DNA of 64,000 bases, from contig CAVUOW010000005.1 of the NCBI GenBank assembly GCA_963743205.1, forward strand, positions 254,650 to 318,649, written 5' to 3'. This stretch comes from Candidatus Aminicenantes bacterium (GTDB lineage: Bacteria > Acidobacteriota > Aminicenantia > Aminicenantales > Saccharicenantaceae). Made by a program: the position numbers and the translations under genes. The notes under the pieces were generated by a model, which was not told where the DNA came from, did not search any database, and worked only from the letters and a program-made list of their open reading frames with translations. Shown piece by piece: positions 27,460-35,831 of the stretch (position 1 is the stretch's first letter; each line of letters starts with the position of its first letter).

Positions 27460-28740
27460 TCATCGCGGGCCCTCCTTTGTCCGATGATGATCGGTCGATA
27501 GGAAGTGTTTATAGGCGGGAACCACCCGTATCTTTTGTCTGTTCTCTTCGTGGACATATTCTTTATCGCGGGAGATGATCATGCCCTCCTTGACTTTGTG
27601 TTTCCTCATAAAGGCCAGGACTCCGCTGGTGTCGATCTTCCCGTATTTGATCTCGATAGGAACGGGTGCGGTCCCGTCCTGGATCACGTCCACTTCGTTT
27701 TTGTAAGGGTCACGCCAGAAATATTCCGCTCTGAGTTGGTTGACAACGGAACATTCAAAGGCCTTCGACCGAGCCTGATCATCGTCCCGAAAAAGCAGTT
27801 CCGGCGATTGAATGGTCGGATAGAGCTTTTTCAATTTTCGTTCGGCCTTTCTCCGGTTCTTCGAATAATTGTAGAGCTTCCTGATGAGGTACGACTCCTC
27901 AAGGTATCTCAGATAGAGCGAAAGGGTTTGGCGGGTGATGCTCAGGTCCTTCCCGAGAGAGGTCAGATCGATTATCTGTCCAGGCTCATCCATGAGAATG
28001 CCCAGGAGCCCTTCGAGGATGGCGATCTGCTTGACCCGATAAAGTTGAGGGATATCCCGATAGAGAACCTTTTCGACGATGCTTTCCTTGATGTATTTCC
28101 GAATGATATCCTTGTCATGGACCCCGACGAGCTCCGGAAATCCCTGGGTCGTCATGTACTCGTTGTAGGCGCGCTTCAAATCTCTCGAATAGAGCCCCGG
28201 GGGGGTCGGATGTTCCCCTTTGAATTCCAGGTATTCCCTGAAAGTCAGCGGTTCAACACGGAATTCATAGATCCTGCCGGCAAGCGTCGCTCGGGACTTG
28301 TGTTTGATAAAAAGCGATTCCGAACCGGAGATCATCATTTTCATCCGGGAATGGAGATCATACAAGGCCTTCGCCTGATTCTCCCACTCCCCCAGCTTTT
28401 GGACTTCGTCCAACAAGAAAAGCGTCCGGCTCGTGGAGAAATCCCTTTCCAGCAGTTCCTCGGATGCGCTCAGCACATCGCGGAGTTCGACGCCCTTGAA
28501 TTCGTCAAAAGAGAAATGGATGATGCTCTTCGGATCGAAGCCTTCGGCAATCGCGTCTGCCGCGACCTTCATGAGGAGGGTCGTCTTGCCAACCCGCCTG
28601 AGCCCGGTGAGGGCAATGATCGGGCGAAGGGGTATGTACTTCTTGATCTGGGCGTAGATCTCCCTGTCTTTATATTCAACCTTGAATTGGCCCTTCCACC
28701 AGGGATTGAAATCCGGCAGGACCGACTTGATCTGTGGCAT
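27460..28740 (-). CDS. AAA+ ATPase (AAA_14/DUF4143 type) with C-terminal D...ExK nuclease-like motif
   Basis: 426 aa. Walker A GLRRVGKTT and Walker B LFLLDEVQ. C-terminus NEVDVIQDGTAPVPIEIKYG. The region is visibly AT-richer than its surroundings. Confidence 0.8.
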   Translation of the reverse strand: MPQIKSVLPDFNPWWKGQFKVEYKDREIYAQIKKYIPLRPIIALTGLRRVGKTTLLMKVAADAIAEGFDPKSIIHFSFDEFKGVELRDVLSASEELLERDFSTSRTLFLLDEVQKLGEWENQAKALYDLHSRMKMMISGSESLFIKHKSRATLAGRIYEFRVEPLTFREYLEFKGEHPTPPGLYSRDLKRAYNEYMTTQGFPELVGVHDKDIIRKYIKESIVEKVLYRDIPQLYRVKQIAILEGLLGILMDEPGQIIDLTSLGKDLSITRQTLSLYLRYLEESYLIRKLYNYSKNRRKAERKLKKLYPTIQSPELLFRDDDQARSKAFECSVVNQLRAEYFWRDPYKNEVDVIQDGTAPVPIEIKYGKIDTSGVLAFMRKHKVKEGMIISRDKEYVHEENRQKIRVVPAYKHFLSTDHHRTKEGPR

Positions 28741-28746
28741 GTATAA

Positions 28747-28790
28747 TTAACCTAGAATCGATTTTATGTTAGTTATAGTTAACATAGAAT
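28747..28790. repeat. Two 12-nt direct repeats TTAACCTAGAAT / TTAACATAGAAT, 32 nt apart, in a divergent promoter region
   Basis: Read directly at 28747-28758 and 28779-28790. Confidence 0.4.
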
Positions 28791-28868
28791 ATCTCTCGGA
28801 GTCAAGCGATTTCTGGAATAACCCTCGCGAGGACTGAGAATCCGATTTCGCTTGGAACGTCTCTATTC

Positions 28869-29300
28869 ATGGATCAAGAAGCAACCAAGATCCCGAGGAG
28901 GTCAACGGTGTTCAAAAAGCGAGAGATTCATTTCCCCAGGTTAACCTACCCGACGCGGTGGATAGAAACAGGGGGAGACAGGGTCGAGGAGTACATCATT
29001 CCCGAAGAGGAGAAAGGCCGGGTCCTTGACGAGCTCTATCCGTTCGAACCCGTCCCCGGCCTCGGCGAACGAATGTTCGACCTCCACGAAGAGAAGGGGT
29101 TCCAGGTCCGGGAATTTCGCGTTCTTCGCGGTGAGACCATGGACCTCCTCGTCAGTCCTTATTATTTCCGCAGCGGGGGGACCGTCATCGATTGGATGCC
29201 TGCGAGCTTCAAGCCCGGCGGGACGCTGGAGCGCAAGATCCGGGGAGAATCGCTCTCCATAATGACGGTCTCCTTCGGACCGAAAGAAGCCTGTCATTAG
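28869..29300 (+). CDS. Hypothetical protein
   Basis: 143-aa ORF divergent from the ATPase gene. No recognisable motif or signal peptide. Confidence 0.5.
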   Translation: MDQEATKIPRRSTVFKKREIHFPRLTYPTRWIETGGDRVEEYIIPEEEKGRVLDELYPFEPVPGLGERMFDLHEEKGFQVREFRVLRGETMDLLVSPYYFRSGGTVIDWMPASFKPGGTLERKIRGESLSIMTVSFGPKEACH

Positions 29301-29342
29301 GGGGAAGATACGCGAGAGTCCGGGCACAGCGCGCCAAAGTGG

Positions 29343-29748
29343 TCATGCGTTGCGGACGTCCTTGAGGAATTCCCGCAGGAATTTCTTCGCGGCACGGGAC
29401 CGTCCGGCCATGCCGGACGACGGCTCCCACTGGTAGCGCCCGAGGTCGATGCGGCCTCCCCGACCGACGGTGACACCCTCGGCAATAAGTTTCTTGCTTC
29501 TGCTCCTCGAATCCCCGGCCTCGAGGCAGGGAGATCGTGCCCCGACCGCCGATCACCCTGTGCCAGGGAAGACCGGCGGCCTCGGAAGAGGAATGGAGGA
29601 TCCAGGAGACCCCGCGGGCCGCCCGCTCGCGCCCGGCCAGGGCGGCCACCTGGCCATAGGTCGCGACCCGGCCGCGGGGAATGCTGCGAATGACCGCCTT
29701 GACCTCGCGGGTGAAGGGTGTTTCGGAGGGTTTGATTCCGGCAGACAT
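29343..29748 (-). CDS. Alkyltransferase-like (ATL) / MGMT-family DNA-binding protein, frameshift near 29488-29497
   Basis: ...IPRGRVATYGQVAALAG...LPWHRVIGGRGTISL: PWHRV replaces the PCHRV active site. The C-terminus continues in another frame: KLIAEGVTVGRGGRIDLGRYQWEP... Confidence 0.7.
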
Positions 29749-29843
29749 GGTCGACGACTATCTTAGAGCTAACGGGGGAAAAAGAAAAACGGGACCGGCC
29801 CGGAAGCCGGCCCCGCTGAACGCTTGACAGCGGCGCGATCCGA

Positions 29844-30657
29844 CTATTTCGTCAGATTGATCGAGCCGTTGGTCGTGTGCAGGGAGATCTCGGGACCGCC
29901 CTGGCCGATCTTGCCCTCGATCCGGCGCTTCGATTGGCGCAGGTTCTGGAGCGTGATGGGGAAATCGACGGTGATGTGGCCGTTCGTCACGCTGGCCCTG
30001 AGGTCGGCGTTGAGCGTTTCGGGTGAGACGACAGCCAAGCGTAATAGAGCCGTTGGTCGTTTCGGCCGAGACGCCGTCCTTGAACGTCACGCCCTCCAGC
30101 TTGATGCTGCCGTTCGTCGTGTCCGCCTCAATGCGGCCCTCGAACCGGCTGACGCGGACATCGCCGTTGGTCGTCCCGGCCTTGAGCTCGCCCGATGAAT
30201 CCTTCACGATGACCGGACCGTTCGTCGTCCCCACGTCGAGCCGGCCATAGCGCCCGGTCACGTCGACCCCGCCATTGACCGTGCTCACTTCGTCAAGGTT
30301 GACTCCTTCGGGGACCATGACGGTGAACTGGACGTCGACGTTGGCCCGTCGCGGGAACTTGGGCCAGATGGCCTTGACCGAGACCGAGCCGGTCCCCTCG
30401 TCGACGCGGATCTCGACCTTGTCCAGGTCCTCTTTGTTCCGACGGGCGGTCTTGACCGCCTTGATCTCGACCTTGTCGTCTTTCCAGGTGGCGATCGTCA
30501 CGCCGCCGTTGACGTTCTCCAGGGAGAATCGCTCCCCCGCCTTGAGCGGCAGGGTCTTCGAGAAATCCTCCTTGTATTGCTCTCCGGCCAGGATGCAGGA
30601 GACGGCGAGAAGAAGCAGGGTGATTGTCAGGGCGATGAGGACCTTGATTTTGGACAC
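29844..30657 (-). CDS. DUF4097-type (putative adhesin) repeat lipoprotein, frameshift near 30035-30045
   Basis: GTG start after GAGGAGG. VSKIKVLIALTITLLLLAVSC has a lipobox. Repeated TTNG(P/D/S)I units. The C-terminus lies in track ORF 29844..30038 (...VTNGHITVDFP...LHTTNGSINLTK). Confidence 0.7.
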
Positions 30658-30724
30658 GGAAACCTCCTCGAAAACGACGTTCAACAGGGTAGACGAAAAA
30701 GACCGGGAAAAAGTTGCTTTGGCT

Positions 30725-31708
30725 CTAAAGGAGCCCCATGAGCTTTTTGGCGCCGTCGAGGGTCTCCCGGGCGACGAGCCGGGCCTTGCGCGCGCCTTCC
30801 GCCAGGGCGTCGCGGACGCGGTCCGGATGCTCGGCCAGGGAGCGGCGGCGCTCCCGGATGGGGTCGAGGACCTTCATCAGGTTGCGGTGGAAGATCTTCT
30901 TGCAGTCGAGACAGCCGATCGTCGCCCCGGTGCAGCCCGCAACGATCTCGCGGAGCCCGGCTTCGGGCGTGACCAGCTTGTGATAACTGAAAATGTTGCA
31001 CCGGTCGGGGTTGCCCGGGTCGGTGCGCCGCTTGCGGGCCTCGTCGGTCTTGGCCGGCCGGAGCTTCTCCCAGATCGCCTCCGGCTCTTCCCCGATGCCG
31101 ATGAAGTTGTCCAGGGACTTGCTCATCTTCGACATGCCGTCGAGCCCCATAACCCGCGCGCCCCGGCCGATGAGAACCGCCGGTTCGGGGAAATAGTCGC
31201 CGAAGCGGCCGTTGAAGCGGCGGGCGACTTCGCGGGTGAACTCGAGGTGCTGGGTCTGGTCCTCCCCCACGGGCACGGCGTCGGCCTTGTAGATGAGGAC
31301 GTCGGCGGCCATGAGGATGGGGTAATTGAGGAGTCCGGTGGTGACGTTCTCCCGCTCCCGCTCCGATTTCTCCTTGAACTGGGTCATCCGGCCGAGCTCG
31401 CCGAGGGGCGTCACACAGGTGAGGAGCCAGCAGAGCTCGGTGTGCTCGGGGACGTGGCTCTGGACGAAGATGGTGCACTTCTCCGGGTCGAGGCCGGCGG
31501 CCATGTTGTCGAGGGCGGCGTCCCAGACCCTTTGGGGAAGGAGCGCCGGGTCGTAGGTGACGGTGATGGCATGAAGGTCGACGATGGTGAAGAAGCAGTC
31601 GTAGTCCGCCATCAAGCGGACCCAGTTCTCGACGGCACCGAAATAATTGCCGATGTGGATCGTGCCGCTCGGCTGGATGCCGCTCAGGATGCGTTGGCGT
31701 GGACTCAT
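30725..31708 (-). CDS. trpS: Tryptophan--tRNA ligase
   Basis: 327 aa. GIQPSGTIHIGNYFG (HIGH) and KMSKS motifs. Confidence 0.9.
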   Translation of the reverse strand: MSPRQRILSGIQPSGTIHIGNYFGAVENWVRLMADYDCFFTIVDLHAITVTYDPALLPQRVWDAALDNMAAGLDPEKCTIFVQSHVPEHTELCWLLTCVTPLGELGRMTQFKEKSERERENVTTGLLNYPILMAADVLIYKADAVPVGEDQTQHLEFTREVARRFNGRFGDYFPEPAVLIGRGARVMGLDGMSKMSKSLDNFIGIGEEPEAIWEKLRPAKTDEARKRRTDPGNPDRCNIFSYHKLVTPEAGLREIVAGCTGATIGCLDCKKIFHRNLMKVLDPIRERRRSLAEHPDRVRDALAEGARKARLVARETLDGAKKLMGLL

Positions 31709-31732
31709 CGGCCGGACCTCTTTTCTACGGGT

Positions 31733-31761
31733 ATTGTATCGGCCTCGCCGGACGGGGTCAA
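31733..31761 (-). promoter_or_regulatory. sigma70-type promoter of trpS
   Basis: Minus strand: TTGACC-N17-TACAAT, 25 nt upstream of the trpS ATG. Confidence 0.55.
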
Positions 31762-31780
31762 CACACGACTATGACTAAAA

Positions 31781-31868
31781 CGGTGACACACAACTAAATA
31801 CACTTAATTAAGGCCGGCCTCGATGGACGGCAAATGAAAGGATTAAGTGCATTTAGTTGTGTGCACCG
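31781..31868. repeat. MITE-like palindromic element, degenerate copy
   Basis: Left arm CGGTGACACACAACTAAATACACTTAAT (31781-31808). Right arm 31842-31868 reverse-complements to CGGTGCACACAACTAAATGCACTTAAT. The same arm sequence occurs at 41779-41896. Confidence 0.75.
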
Positions 31869-32486
31869 AAGAGACCAGGAGTTCGGCCAGGACCATGGCC
31901 GTGGCCCCCCAGATCTTATGGCCTCGTAAGCGTAGAAGGGCACCTCGACGTCCCGGCCGCCATAATGCCAGGTCTCCCGACGGACGTTCGCGGGGTCGGC
32001 CAGGTGGTCGACCGGGGGCTCGACGACCTCCTCCACTTCTTCGGGCTGGACATGGAAGACGAGCGGGCCGGGGATGAAGGCCACGGTCGGGTAGATGCAG
32101 TAGTTGCTGGGCGGAATGTAGAGCGGCGTCAGGCGGCCGAGGACGCGGACGGCCGCGAGGTCCAGACCCATCTCTTCGACGGTTTCGCGCAGGGCCGTGG
32201 CTTCGAGGGACTCGCCCGGGTGCTGCTCCCCGCCGGGGAACGAGATCTGGCCGCGGTGGTGGAGGACGCGCTCAGTGCGCCGCGTGAGAAGGACACAGAG
32301 CCGCCGGTCCTTGATATAGAGAAGGACCAGGACCCCGGCTTTGCGGCTGGTGTCCTCGACCTCGAAATAGGCCTTGTGGCCGGTTCGGGGTTCAGGCGCC
32401 ATGGCGAGCTGCGCCGGAATGCCCGGAAGCGGGGCCCAAAGGCCCTTCTCGACCCTGGCCAGGATGTCGTCGGGCTTCGAGGGCAT
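31794..32486 (-). CDS. NUDIX hydrolase (CoA pyrophosphatase-like), frameshift near 31919-31924
   Basis: Nudix box GGEQHPGESLEATALRETVEEMG. After ...FYAYE the expected GHKIWGATAMVLAELL lies in another frame and would stop at 31843-31845, inside the repeat element. Confidence 0.75.
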   Translation of the reverse strand: MPSKPDDILARVEKGLWAPLPGIPAQLAMAPEPRTGHKAYFEVEDTSRKAGVLVLLYIKDRRLCVLLTRRTERVLHHRGQISFPGGEQHPGESLEATALRETVEEMGLDLAAVRVLGRLTPLYIPPSNYCIYPTVAFIPGPLVFHVQPEEVEEVVEPPVDHLADPANVRRETWHYGGRDVEVPFYAYEAIRSGGPRPWSWPNSWSLRCTQLNALNPFICRPSRPALIKCI

Positions 32487-32495
32487 GGGGACGCC

Positions 32496-33842
32496 CTAAC
32501 GCCCGCGGCCGCCCAGGAGCTTCTCGATCTCGTCGATCTCCTTGGGCACGCCGGCGGTCAGGACCTCGCAGCCGGTCTTGGTGATGAGGACCGTGTCCTC
32601 GATGCGGACGCCCAAGGCCTTTTTCTCGTCGTAGAGGCCGGGTTCGATGGCAAAGACCATGCCCTCTTTGAGGACGCCGCCGAAGGGGACATCGTGGACC
32701 GAGAGGCCGACTCCGTGACCGAAGCCCCCCTGGAGACCGCGCGGGTCGATGCCCTTGGCCTTCAAGGCGGCGGTGACGTGGTCTCGGACGTCCTTGGGCG
32801 TCGCCCCCGGCTTGTAGGCCTCGATCGAGGCCTTTTGGACTTCGAGAACGGTCCGGTAGACGTCTCTCTGTTCGTCGGTGAAGCGGCCCGTGGCGGGCCA
32901 AGTCCGCGAGATATCCATGGCCAGGTGGTCGAGGTCGGCGCCGAAGTCCATCAGGACGACATCCCCGGGTTCGACGCGCCGGGAGTTCTCATCGTAGTGC
33001 AGGATGCAGGAGTTGGGACCGGAGCCGACGATCGGGGCATAGGCCGCGCCCCTGGCCCCGCCCTTGAGGACGACGGACATGGCCGCCGCCTCGATCTCGT
33101 ATTCGTAGACTCCCGGGCGGGTCGCCAGCATGGCCTGGCGGACGGCCTCCGCGGAGAGCTTCCCGTTCCGGCGCAGGGCCTCGATCTCGGCCGGCGTCTT
33201 GATCGCCCGCATCTCATCGATGAGGGGCGTGACGTCCCGGAGCTCCATCTGCGGGTAGCGCTCGCGGAGCTTCCCGATGCGGTAGAGGTCGGCCGAGAGC
33301 TGGTCGTTGTAGTGGCTGCGGGCGCGCCGTCCGTCAAAGAGGGCGGTCTCGGAGCGGGCCTCGTCGAGGGAGTCCCGGGGCGAAAGCCGAAGGTGGAAGC
33401 GGCCGGCGAGCCGGCCGAGAAGGCGGGCCAGGAACTCGTCGAGATAGCTTGAGGGGAAGACGTCCGTGAAGCCGGCCCTGGCCTTGGCTGCGGGGTCCTC
33501 GAGGAGGTTCGCGCCGTCCATCATCTTCTCGCGGGCCGTCTGCGGAGGAAGGAAGAGATACGAGGCCCGCGACGCCGGCACGAGGACCAGGATCGCGCCG
33601 AGGTCCTCGTTCCCGGCGAAGTAGTAGAGGTCGTTGTCCTGGCGGAAATGGGAGCCGGCGGGCGCCGCGGCGTCACCGAAAAGGATGACGGCCCCGTCCT
33701 GGACGCGGTCCATGAGGGCCGTCCGGCGGCCGGAGAATTCCTCCGGGGCGAAGCCGACGCGCTGTCCCGCGAGCGGCCGGACGTTCAGCATGACGAGCAG
33801 GCCGAATGAAAGAACGGCCGAAACCCGAAAGGACCTTGACAT
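32496..33842 (-). CDS. Xaa-Pro aminopeptidase (M24B), secreted
   Basis: 448 aa with signal peptide. ...VVLMDFGADLDHLAMDISRTW...HGVGLSVHDVP...IEPGLY...VRIEDTVLIT. Confidence 0.85.
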   Translation of the reverse strand: MSRSFRVSAVLSFGLLVMLNVRPLAGQRVGFAPEEFSGRRTALMDRVQDGAVILFGDAAAPAGSHFRQDNDLYYFAGNEDLGAILVLVPASRASYLFLPPQTAREKMMDGANLLEDPAAKARAGFTDVFPSSYLDEFLARLLGRLAGRFHLRLSPRDSLDEARSETALFDGRRARSHYNDQLSADLYRIGKLRERYPQMELRDVTPLIDEMRAIKTPAEIEALRRNGKLSAEAVRQAMLATRPGVYEYEIEAAAMSVVLKGGARGAAYAPIVGSGPNSCILHYDENSRRVEPGDVVLMDFGADLDHLAMDISRTWPATGRFTDEQRDVYRTVLEVQKASIEAYKPGATPKDVRDHVTAALKAKGIDPRGLQGGFGHGVGLSVHDVPFGGVLKEGMVFAIEPGLYDEKKALGVRIEDTVLITKTGCEVLTAGVPKEIDEIEKLLGGRGR

Positions 33843-33874
33843 GTCGCGACTCCTCTCGCCGGAGCGGGAACCGC

Positions 33875-34852
33875 TCAGGCCTTGCCGAGGACCATGGCCA
33901 GCAGGGCCATGCGGACGTAAAGCCCGTATTCCATCTGCCGGAAGTACGCGGCCCGGGGATCGTCGTCAAAGTCCGTGCTGATCTCGGTGACCCGGGGCAG
34001 CGGGTGCATGACGATCATCTTGCCCTTCGCGCCGGTCATGACGTTCTTGTCGAGGACGTAGGCGCTCTTGACGGACTCGTAGACCTCCTCGCTTTCGAAT
34101 CTCTCCCGCTGGACGCGGGTGACGTAGAGGACGTCGGTCTCCGGCAGGGCCCGGTCGAGGGTCCGGTGCTCCGTCTGGCTCATGCCCTTGGCTTCGAGCT
34201 CGGCGATGATCTCGGGCGGCATGCGCAGGATCTCGGGCGAAACATAATGGAGCCGGGAGTTGTAGAGGGAGAGGAGCCGGGACAAGGAGTGGACCGTGCG
34301 CCCGTACTTGAGATCGCCGAGCATGGTCACGGTCAGGTCGTCCATCCGGCCCAATTCCTCGCGGATGGTGAAGGCGTCGAGCAGGGCCTGGGTCGGATGC
34401 TCGCCGACGCCGTCCCCGGCGTTGATGACCGGCTTGTGCGCGGCCTCGGCCGCCTTGGCCGCCGAGCCGAGCTCGGGGTGGCGGATGACGATGACGTCGG
34501 CGTAGCACTCGAGGGTCTTGATCGTGTCCGGCAGGCTCTCGCCCTTGGCCACGGAGGAATAGCGGACCTCGTTGATGTTGATGACGTTGCCGCCGAGACG
34601 CTCCATGGCCGCGATGAAGGACGACGACGTCCGGGTCGAGGGCTCATAGAAGATGCTGGCCAGGATCTTGCCTTTGAGCAGGTCGAACGTGCCGACCCGC
34701 TCGACCATGACCCGCATCTCATGGGCGACGCCGAAGATGTACTCCAGGTCGGAGCGGCTGAACTGCTTGACCGAGATGATGTCCTTGCCGTACCAGGGGG
34801 CCGAGCGCTGATCACCGAAGGGCAGGTGGGGGTTCTTGGCGGGGCTGGGCAT
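33875..34852 (-). CDS. pyrB: Aspartate carbamoyltransferase catalytic subunit
   Basis: 325 aa. [25 protein letters not shown] motifs. RBS GAAGGAGAG. Confidence 0.9.
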   Translation of the reverse strand: MPSPAKNPHLPFGDQRSAPWYGKDIISVKQFSRSDLEYIFGVAHEMRVMVERVGTFDLLKGKILASIFYEPSTRTSSSFIAAMERLGGNVININEVRYSSVAKGESLPDTIKTLECYADVIVIRHPELGSAAKAAEAAHKPVINAGDGVGEHPTQALLDAFTIREELGRMDDLTVTMLGDLKYGRTVHSLSRLLSLYNSRLHYVSPEILRMPPEIIAELEAKGMSQTEHRTLDRALPETDVLYVTRVQRERFESEEVYESVKSAYVLDKNVMTGAKGKMIVMHPLPRVTEISTDFDDDPRAAYFRQMEYGLYVRMALLAMVLGKA

Positions 34853-34949
34853 GGAGGCTCTCCTTCTCGAAGCGCGTTCCGCATCATCCTACACTACGAG
34901 CGGAGAGCGAGTCAACGAAATGGGGAGGCCGGAAGGGGCCCGAAGGGGG

Positions 34950-35070
34950 TCTGAAAAGAGAGTGAGGGGCGCCCCCGCGGCGCCCCTCGCTCCGGGAACA
35001 AAAAGAAGGAGGGTTATGGAAGGGTATCGGGAATGCTGAAAGAGATGCCGTTTACCACTTAACGCTCCGT
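34950..35070 (-). ncRNA. Candidate short sigma54-dependent transcript (sRNA or pyrB leader), ends in a terminator hairpin
   Basis: Bounded by the sigma54-like promoter at 35081-35096 and the hairpin GAGGGGCGCC-5nt-GGCGCCCCTC (34964-34988), followed by CUCUCUUUUC on the minus strand. Contains the CU-rich stretch CCCUUCCAUAACCCUCCUUCUUUUU (anti-SD-like). No plausible ORF. End coordinates approximate. Confidence 0.35.
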
Positions 35071-35080
35071 CCATCAAATA

Positions 35081-35096
35081 TGCATATTTTATGCCA
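35081..35096 (-). promoter_or_regulatory. sigma54-type promoter candidate
   Basis: Minus strand reads TGGCATAAAATATGCA; GG/GC spacing canonical; -12 element ATGCA. Confidence 0.45.
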
Positions 35097-35156
35097 GCCT
35101 GGCCTGCCTGATGGGACACCCTGAGCGGGCCCAAAACGTAAACTTTTTTTAAAGAA

Positions 35157-35283
35157 GGGGTCAAACCTACGCGATGCCACTTTCTCACTACCAAGATACT
35201 TCCCAGAAGTGCGGCTCCGAGTCGCTCCGCCGCACTTCTGATGGTCGCTCCCAGGAGTCGCTCCCTGCCGTAGGTTTGACCCC
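35157..35283. repeat. Nested inverted repeats with three GTCGCTCC boxes (structured RNA or protein-binding array)
   Basis: 15-bp perfect IR GGGGTCAAACCTACG (35157-35171) / CGTAGGTTTGACCCC (35269-35283). It encloses an 11-bp hairpin (35204-35214 / 35230-35240) and GTCGCTCC at 35221, 35244 and 35257. Confidence 0.5.
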
Positions 35284-35286
35284 GTC

Positions 35287-35676
35287 TTAAACGGCGGGCT
35301 CGAGGGGGTTTCTGGGTTGGAGGACCCTGTCGATCGACAGGTTGAGGTCGTTGAGGTCGAGCGGCTTGACGAAGAAATGGCTGATGGCGAACCGCCCCAT
35401 GTCCTGGGTCCTGACCTCGTCGGGATGGGCGGTGATGAGCATGGCCTCGCCTTCGAAACCGTTCTCCCGAAGCTTCTTGATGAGCTCCATGCCGTTGAAG
35501 AAGGGCAGCTTGTAATCGGCGATGACCAGGTCGGCCCGGGCGCCCTTGAGCTGGCTCAGGGCCTGCCGCGGGTCCTTGAGGGACACGACCCGGTACTTCT
35601 TCCCGAGAAGGAGGGTGAATGTCTTGCGTATCGTTTCGTCGTCGTCGACCAGGACGATCTTTTTAATGGCGGTCAT
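35287..35676 (-). CDS. Single-domain response regulator (CheY-like receiver)
   Basis: Track ORF 35287..35727; I prefer the start at MTAIKKIVLVDDDETIRK. Phospho-acceptor context DLVIADYKLP. Confidence 0.8.
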   Translation of the reverse strand: MTAIKKIVLVDDDETIRKTFTLLLGKKYRVVSLKDPRQALSQLKGARADLVIADYKLPFFNGMELIKKLRENGFEGEAMLITAHPDEVRTQDMGRFAISHFFVKPLDLNDLNLSIDRVLQPRNPLEPAV

Positions 35677-35710
35677 GTGAGGCCTCTTCCTTGCGGCCAC
35701 TGACCTAATT

Positions 35711-35726
35711 AGCATCTTTTGTGCCA
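35711..35726 (-). promoter_or_regulatory. sigma54-type promoter candidate for the CheY-like gene
   Basis: Minus strand reads TGGCACAAAAGATGCT; canonical spacing; about 36 nt upstream of the ATG at 35676. Confidence 0.5.
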
Positions 35727-35831
35727 AGTTCGGACAGGTCCTCTTGGGGGAAAAGGGCCTTCGCTGGCAGGGCCCAGGGGCGGTCGGTAAGTTCTTTTAC
35801 AGCCTGGCCGAGGGCTTTACCCCCGCCGGGT

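Noticed and set aside
28747-28790. Possible mini-CRISPR array or iterons.
   Set aside because: There are only two 12-nt imperfect repeats and no cas genes. An operator or promoter element is more plausible.
34853-35000. PyrR-type attenuator upstream of pyrB.
   Set aside because: A terminator-like hairpin is present. However, no PyrR-binding loop (UCCAGAGAGG-like) is on the pyrB strand and no pyrR gene is adjacent.
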